Assembly: GCA_964416365.1 (NCBI GenBank)
Contig: CAYQDO010000002.1
Location: forward strand, 1-57,726
Source: an uncultured Muribaculaceae bacterium
GTDB lineage: Bacteria; Bacillota_I; Bacilli_A; RF39; UBA660
Reading direction: 5' to 3'
DNA length: 57,726 bases
Part shown: positions 52,999 to 57,726 of the stretch, piece by piece
Layout: each line of letters starts with the position of its first letter
How positions within the stretch are numbered: position 1 is the stretch's first letter
The notes under the pieces: generated by a model
Database searches by the model: none
What the model was told of the DNA's origin: nothing
Seen by the model: the letters and a program-made list of their open reading frames with translations, nothing else
Translations under genes and position numbers: made by a program

Positions 52999-53606
52999 AT
53001 TAACACTCCATACAAGCTAAAGATAATATAACACAATGCTAAGATAAATATGAAAAAAATTATATTAAGCAGAATATTATTCTTAATTTTCACAGAATAA
53101 ACTTTTAACATTCTAGATGAAATAATATATAGCAAATAACCAATGTAACCGCCAATTATGTTTAAAATAATATCATCAATATCAAAACTTCTTCCAATAA
53201 AGCTTTGGATTACTTCAATAGCTGAGCTGGTAATAAATACTACTAATAGATTTAAATAAAATTTGTTTAATTTGCAGTAATAGGAAACAAAGTAACCAAA
53301 AGGTAGAAAAAGTAAAACATTACCTATGACATTACGATAAAATAGTTTACTAGTTAAACTATATCGAAAAATTTCTCGAAAAGGAATAAAATTATTACTA
53401 TAAGAATTAAAATCGGTATTTGTTACTAATTCAAATAATAAAAGGGCATAAATGATAAAACAAAGGTTAAGTAATTCCTTATATAAAATAAAAGATTTAT
53501 GATTAGCCTTTAGATAAATACTTCGAATCGTAATTAAAACTAATATAAATAATGTAATCATTGGCCATAAATCATAAATGGCATCAACGGCTATCTCCGG
53601 AATCAA
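52995..53606 (-). CDS. VanZ-family membrane protein
   Basis: NVLLFLPFGYF and DIDDIILNIIGGYIGY motifs. Confidence 0.75.
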   Translation of the reverse strand: MIPEIAVDAIYDLWPMITLFILVLITIRSIYLKANHKSFILYKELLNLCFIIYALLLFELVTNTDFNSYSNNFIPFREIFRYSLTSKLFYRNVIGNVLLFLPFGYFVSYYCKLNKFYLNLLVVFITSSAIEVIQSFIGRSFDIDDIILNIIGGYIGYLLYIISSRMLKVYSVKIKNNILLNIIFFIFILALCYIIFSLYGVLI

Positions 53607-54750
53607 TTATATCACTTCCTATATCATAGGATTGTACTTTACTAATTAATTCATTAGTAATGACAAATACCTTCATATTTATTGTACTATTATTTTGCTC
53701 TTTTTTCAAAACTTTTTGTTCGATTATCTTACCTTTGCCATTTAATTTTTTAGCAAACTCTTCCTCAATTTTTTTTAAAGCTAACTTTTCAGCTTCCATA
53801 GCTGTATATTTTATTTTTTTAATCTTATATTCAGCTTCATTATAAAAAGCAAAATTGATTCCCAAAATTCTTAATTTTTTAAGATTTTTCCGTTTAAAAT
53901 ATTGATATTTATTTAAAAAAATTGCTTTATTATTAATCATGATATTAAATCTTTTTTTTCCAGTATATTCTTGTATCTCTGTATATAATGGATAACTTAT
54001 ATCGGTAGCATACCAGACTTCCCCATATATTTCCCCACTAGCATGGACATTGCCTTTAATCTCTTCATATAATTTAATTTCTCCGGATATTAAAATAGTT
54101 CCTTTTTTAACATAATCACCGCTGCGCACTAAAACATGGCCTTTCGAACTAATAATTTTAGTAATCAAAGCCTCTTTAGCAGCTACTATATGAGCATAAC
54201 CTTCAGTTTGTTTTTCTTCGGTAATTATTCTTTCTTCAATACGAACAACATATGTCATACCTTCTTTAGTAATACTTATCCATTCTAAATGATGTCTATT
54301 ATTGTTCAGAATTTTTTCTCTAATCTGTTCCAATTCTTCGAAATCTTTACCTAAAGAAAACATTTTAATACCTTGTTCTTCCAACTCATTTTTAACTAAT
54401 TTACGGATTTGAGAGTTTTCATGAATAATATCTATTCTAACAACAAAATTAGTTATGATATCCATTAAAATAAAAGAAAAAATAATTATTAAATAAATAT
54501 AAATATTTTTTTTAAAATGTTTTTTTATAGCTTCTGTTCCTTCATATTTAATAATTGTTATTTCTGAATAGTAATTTAATCTTTTTACACGGTGATAATC
54601 TTCTAATTTTATTTTAACAAACATATTATCATTATCTATATATATTACATCATACAGATTAATTTGATGGTTTATACATTTTTTTATAAATCGACTTAAA
54701 TGATTACTGACTTTAATTATCATCAAGTTATTCATATTTAACACTTTCAA
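53584..54750 (-). CDS. yqfD: Sporulation protein YqfD
   Basis: 388 aa with a single TM segment after an N-terminal domain. Its position after yqfC and overall similarity to the YqfD family support the call. Confidence 0.7.
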   Translation of the reverse strand: MKVLNMNNLMIIKVSNHLSRFIKKCINHQINLYDVIYIDNDNMFVKIKLEDYHRVKRLNYYSEITIIKYEGTEAIKKHFKKNIYIYLIIIFSFILMDIITNFVVRIDIIHENSQIRKLVKNELEEQGIKMFSLGKDFEELEQIREKILNNNRHHLEWISITKEGMTYVVRIEERIITEEKQTEGYAHIVAAKEALITKIISSKGHVLVRSGDYVKKGTILISGEIKLYEEIKGNVHASGEIYGEVWYATDISYPLYTEIQEYTGKKRFNIMINNKAIFLNKYQYFKRKNLKKLRILGINFAFYNEAEYKIKKIKYTAMEAEKLALKKIEEEFAKKLNGKGKIIEQKVLKKEQNNSTINMKVFVITNELISKVQSYDIGSDIIDSGDSR

Positions 54751-54973
54751 TTAAACCTTCTATTAAAAGCTCATGAAGTTGCATTTTTTTAATCAACATA
54801 TCTTTGCCTTTAATCTTAATTAAACAATTTTTTAAAGCTACTTTAATTAAATCATTATTAAAACTAACTATTTCTTGATAGTTATAAATATATACTTTAT
54901 TATCATATAGGCATATGTAAAAATCCGTGTTTTTTAAAGCATTATTAATAACATCAAGCATGATATTCACCAA
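54728..54973 (-). CDS. yqfC: Sporulation protein YqfC
   Basis: 81 aa. Its position between yqeY and yqfD matches Bacillus, with a ...VSFNNDLIKVALKNCLIKIKGKDMLIKKM pattern. Confidence 0.6.
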   Translation of the reverse strand: MVNIMLDVINNALKNTDFYICLYDNKVYIYNYQEIVSFNNDLIKVALKNCLIKIKGKDMLIKKMQLHELLIEGLIESVKYE

Positions 54974-55004
54974 TAAATTATATGCAAAAAAAAGTAACCT
55001 ATTA

Positions 55005-55457
55005 TTATAAGTTACTTAGTTTATCTTTTATAATATTGCTAACAATTTTCATATCAGCTCTACTACCATATTTACTTTGAAATATTTTAATAATACTTCC
55101 CATAGCTTTAATATCATCAGGTTTTACTTCAGAAATAATTTCATCAATAATTTTAGTAGTTTCTTCTTCGGATAATTCTTCGGGTAAGTACTTACTTAAA
55201 ATTGCTACTTCTTTTTCTAAATATTCTGCTAAATCTTGACGTCCATAAGAAACATATTCTTCTTTAGATTCATTTCTAATCTTAACTTGTTTTTTAATAA
55301 TCATTAAGATTTCATCATCTGTTAACTCAGACTTTTTATTAATTTCGGCATTTTTAAGATCACTTTTAAGCATTCTCAATGTCGACAATTCAATTTTATT
55401 CCCTGATTTTAAAGCATTGGTTAAATCATTATTTATTTGTTCTAACATTTTAATCAC
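55005..55457 (-). CDS. yqeY: GatB/YqeY-domain protein
   Basis: 150 aa with ALKSGNKIELSTLRMLKSDLKNAEI and a downstream terminator hairpin AAGTAAC...GTTACTT. Confidence 0.85.
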   Translation of the reverse strand: MIKMLEQINNDLTNALKSGNKIELSTLRMLKSDLKNAEINKKSELTDDEILMIIKKQVKIRNESKEEYVSYGRQDLAEYLEKEVAILSKYLPEELSEEETTKIIDEIISEVKPDDIKAMGSIIKIFQSKYGSRADMKIVSNIIKDKLSNL

Positions 55458-55646
55458 CTAGATATTTTTCTTCCTTTTATGAGAGTTTTTTATCATTGTT
55501 TTCAAGGCCTCTCTTTTTTTAACTCCAGGCTTAACATGAAATTTATGCTTTTTAAGTTCTGAAGGGATACCAGATCTAGCTACACCAACTTTAAACTTTT
55601 TCATAGCACCATCAAGATTACCATTTCTTACTTCTATTCTAGTCAT
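55458..55646 (-). CDS. rpsU: 30S ribosomal protein S21
   Basis: 62-aa basic protein with the EVRNGNLDGAMKKFK...ELKKHKFHVKPGVKKRE pattern and a GGAGGGAG SD. Confidence 0.85.
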   Translation of the reverse strand: MTRIEVRNGNLDGAMKKFKVGVARSGIPSELKKHKFHVKPGVKKREALKTMIKNSHKRKKNI

Positions 55647-55675
55647 ATTCTCCCTCCTTTCAAAAAAGCTACTTT

Positions 55676-55704
55676 ATTATAGCACTCTTACAACTCCGGC
55701 GCAA
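55676..55704 (-). promoter_or_regulatory. Sigma-A promoter of rpsU-yqeY
   Basis: On the minus strand: TTGCGC (55699-55704), 17-nt spacer ending in TGC, TATAAT (55676-55681). Confidence 0.55.
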
Positions 55705-55710
55705 GGAAAT

Positions 55711-57570
55711 TTAATTACCACAGCCCCAAGTTTCTAATACACTATTTAAACTTGTTTGAGCAGCTATACTAATATTATCAAATGCAGTACAGCGAGAATG
55801 GACTACTTTAGAAAGTTGCCAACCACCTATATTACCTATTGACCAGGTTGTAGCATTATAACCAGCTTCGTAAAACATATCATTCATCAATGTTATATTT
55901 GAAGTAACCCATTCACTTAAATCTAATTCAAAGGTTGCTGTATTATGACCAGCATTATAGAACATACTAGATAAATTATTAACATTGGAAATATTCCAAT
56001 CAGCTAATGTTCCTACCGACCAATCAGTTGAGTGAGTTGCTGTATCAAGAAACATACCTGACATATCTAAAACATTGTCAGTTGTCCAATTATCTAAATC
56101 TAGACTAAATGCTGTTTCGATATTGTTAGCTATTTCAGCAAACATCCAAGCCATATTAGTGACCCTAGATACATCCCAATTATCTAAACCAATAATAGCA
56201 AACGTAGTTGCCATGGTTCCAAAAGAGGTAAACATACCAGACATATCCGTAACTTTAGATGTCTTTGGACCCCATGATAAATCTAACTCTATACTATCTG
56301 CCGTTTGAGCTGTACCATTAAACATTTTGGACATATCAGCTACATTAGAAACTTCCCAGCCTGATAAACCATTAATTGACCAATCCGTTGCTCCATTTCC
56401 AGCGTCACTGAACATACCAGACATATCAGTTACATTAGTGGTATTCCAACCACTTAAGTCTAAATCATAACCGCTTATCACATTATATCCAGTACTTGTA
56501 AACATATATGACATTGTTCTTGTATCATTGGTAAGCAAATTACCACTTACTGAACTTAGATTAGGTAAAATAGCAAATAAAAAATCACTATGAATTGGAG
56601 CTTTTACGCCACCATTTTGCCCAATGATTATATTATATAAACCCGGAGTAATACCATTTTCGTACCATAACATCACAGAACCATTATTAAGTTCTGAAAC
56701 ATCAAAAGAACCTAAAACTCCCTCAGGTACAACATTAGTATTAGTAAACGTTATACTTTCAACTTTATCTCTACTTATAGTTGTATTAAGGAAAGTTTGG
56801 GTTGAATTTATTTCTCCTCTTAAGTCATATGCCATAGCATGATAGTCGTCTGCTAAATCTTGTAAATCTTCTAATTCTTCAGCATCTAATTCTCTTGCTT
56901 TATTTTGGTATTCTTTGTTTATCATATCCGAAATGTATTGATACATATTAATTTTTTTGGCTTTTTCCGCAAGATTTAAAGAATTGACTAGACGATTTCC
57001 ACCTGTTGAATAATCATCAATATGAATATGAGCATTAAATTCTTTATTATGATTAGTATTTTGATCAAAAGGCATATTTGAAAAAAAGATTTCTAAATTA
57101 TAAGTATGAACCTTACCTTCGTTTCCCGTAGGAGCAGCAAATGTTCCCTTACCCAGTAAAGTAGTACTTCCCCCGCTCTTAATAGGAACAACATCAGTAC
57201 TATTTGGAACGGTACTTCCACTACTATCAGTATTTTCGCCAGATAGTTTATACTGTATAGCATAGTTATCAAAAGAGTTCTCTTCCACTACTAAATATAA
57301 AGCATACCCCATATCTAGTTCTGTAGTATTAATACCAGTCACCGTAAAAGTTTTTGTTTCTATGGGATTTGTACTCGGAATAATATTAGTAATATTAATT
57401 ATATTCCCGCCGTCAAAATTCACTTTCATTTTACCACCGGTTACTGTGATGGTTGTGGCATCTTCTCCGGTTATACTAGCAGTAAAGTATGCATATGATA
57501 TGCCAATTGTTATTAAAAATAAAATCCCTAAGCTTAAAAATATTGCTAACATTCTATTTCTATCAGTCAT
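55711..57570 (-). CDS. Surface protein with DUF285/BspA-type repeats
   Basis: N-terminal signal-anchor. About 8 repeats of ..W.(V/T)S.V(T/A)(D/N)MS.MF.. (e.g. WNTTNVTDMSGMF, WEVSNVADMSKMF, WDVSRVTNMAWMF). Confidence 0.75.
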   Translation of the reverse strand: MTDRNRMLAIFLSLGILFLITIGISYAYFTASITGEDATTITVTGGKMKVNFDGGNIINITNIIPSTNPIETKTFTVTGINTTELDMGYALYLVVEENSFDNYAIQYKLSGENTDSSGSTVPNSTDVVPIKSGGSTTLLGKGTFAAPTGNEGKVHTYNLEIFFSNMPFDQNTNHNKEFNAHIHIDDYSTGGNRLVNSLNLAEKAKKINMYQYISDMINKEYQNKARELDAEELEDLQDLADDYHAMAYDLRGEINSTQTFLNTTISRDKVESITFTNTNVVPEGVLGSFDVSELNNGSVMLWYENGITPGLYNIIIGQNGGVKAPIHSDFLFAILPNLSSVSGNLLTNDTRTMSYMFTSTGYNVISGYDLDLSGWNTTNVTDMSGMFSDAGNGATDWSINGLSGWEVSNVADMSKMFNGTAQTADSIELDLSWGPKTSKVTDMSGMFTSFGTMATTFAIIGLDNWDVSRVTNMAWMFAEIANNIETAFSLDLDNWTTDNVLDMSGMFLDTATHSTDWSVGTLADWNISNVNNLSSMFYNAGHNTATFELDLSEWVTSNITLMNDMFYEAGYNATTWSIGNIGGWQLSKVVHSRCTAFDNISIAAQTSLNSVLETWGCGN

Positions 57571-57633
57571 TTAATTTCACTACCTTCTATTATTAGTTTA
57601 ACATATTACTATAAATATGTAAATTAAAAAAAC

Positions 57634-57726
57634 TTAAATTTCTTTAAGTATTTCTTGAATTTCTTCTTTAGTTTTAAAACCTAAAAAAGTAGTAACTAAT
57701 TTTTTATTTTTATAAATTTCAACAAA
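57634..57726 (-). CDS. Thioredoxin-like protein, C-terminal 30 aa only (5' end outside the window)
   Basis: FVEIYKNKKLVTTFLGFKTKEEIQEILKEI* resembles the last strand and helix of thioredoxins. Confidence 0.5.
   Translation of the reverse strand, partial: FVEIYKNKKLVTTFLGFKTKEEIQEILKEI

Noticed and set aside
7622-57574. Remaining short opposite-strand track ORFs (7622-7876, 8413-8598, 9952-10251, 26168-26359, 28270-28515, 30673-30909, 34340-34552, 39245-39550, 41257-41559, 50465-50761, 50969-51193, 51603-51791, 53660-53845, 56075-56308, 56624-56842, 57362-57574)
   Set aside because: Each is nested antisense within a confidently identified gene. None has an SD or any recognisable motif.
1-57726. 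CRISPR arrays, tRNA/rRNA genes, IS elements, transposases, prophage structural genes
   Set aside because: Reading both strands, I found no spaced direct-repeat arrays, no cloverleaf-compatible GC-rich ~75-nt islands, no rRNA-like segments and no transposase or integrase ORFs other than the housekeeping-type XerD.
1-57726. Mollicute-type genetic code (TGA = Trp), suggested by the very low G+C and the DUF285 protein
   Set aside because: Standard-code translation gives full-length conserved proteins. TGA also functions as a genuine stop, for example the ireB stop in the ATGA overlap with ruvX at 36368-36371.

Overview
Very AT-rich chromosome segment that uses the standard genetic code (TGA acts as a stop). 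It comes from a low-GC, apparently spore-forming member of the Bacillota: spoIIM-like, spoVB/MurJ-like, yqfC and yqfD genes are present. Gene order follows several Bacillus-type blocks: sigA-trmK; tcdA(yrvM)/aspS/hisS; dtd-rel; greA-yrrO-yrrN-yrrM-mltG-yrzB-ruvX-yrzL; lepA/hemW; recO-yqzL-era-cdd-dgkA-ybeY-yqfD-yqfC-yqeY-rpsU. I call about 70 protein genes, most of them housekeeping. I saw no rRNA, tRNA, CRISPR array or transposase. The most interesting signals are non-coding or small. (1) A canonical 28-bp XerC/D dif site at 4804-4831 lies where gene orientation converges, so the replication terminus is probably inside the window, 1.1 kb from xerD. A second, half-conserved dif copy lies 586 bp upstream. 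The two copies bracket a 558-bp cassette carrying a frameshifted XRE repressor gene and a 48-aa membrane micro-ORF, which looks like a decayed Xer-dependent integrative element (IMEX). (2) One T-box leader precedes a packed hisS-asnS-aspS-gatCAB operon, but its specifier and discriminator signature fits tRNA-Asn (less likely Gln), not tRNA-His. (3) A promoter-driven ~160-nt structured RNA upstream of tcdA is a 6S-RNA candidate. (4) pyrBI is preceded by a leader-peptide plus terminator attenuator. (5) Protein-level oddities: a cdd gene coupled to a zinc-ligand-less cdd paralogue; a Rel protein lacking the hydrolase ED diad; a 588-aa AlaRS without the C-Ala domain; a minimal Ku plus ligase pair; an Asn-rich 39-aa tandem-repeat protein; an orphan HerA-type ATPase; and several orphan proteins inserted in conserved blocks. 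All family assignments come from reading motifs by eye, with no database search.
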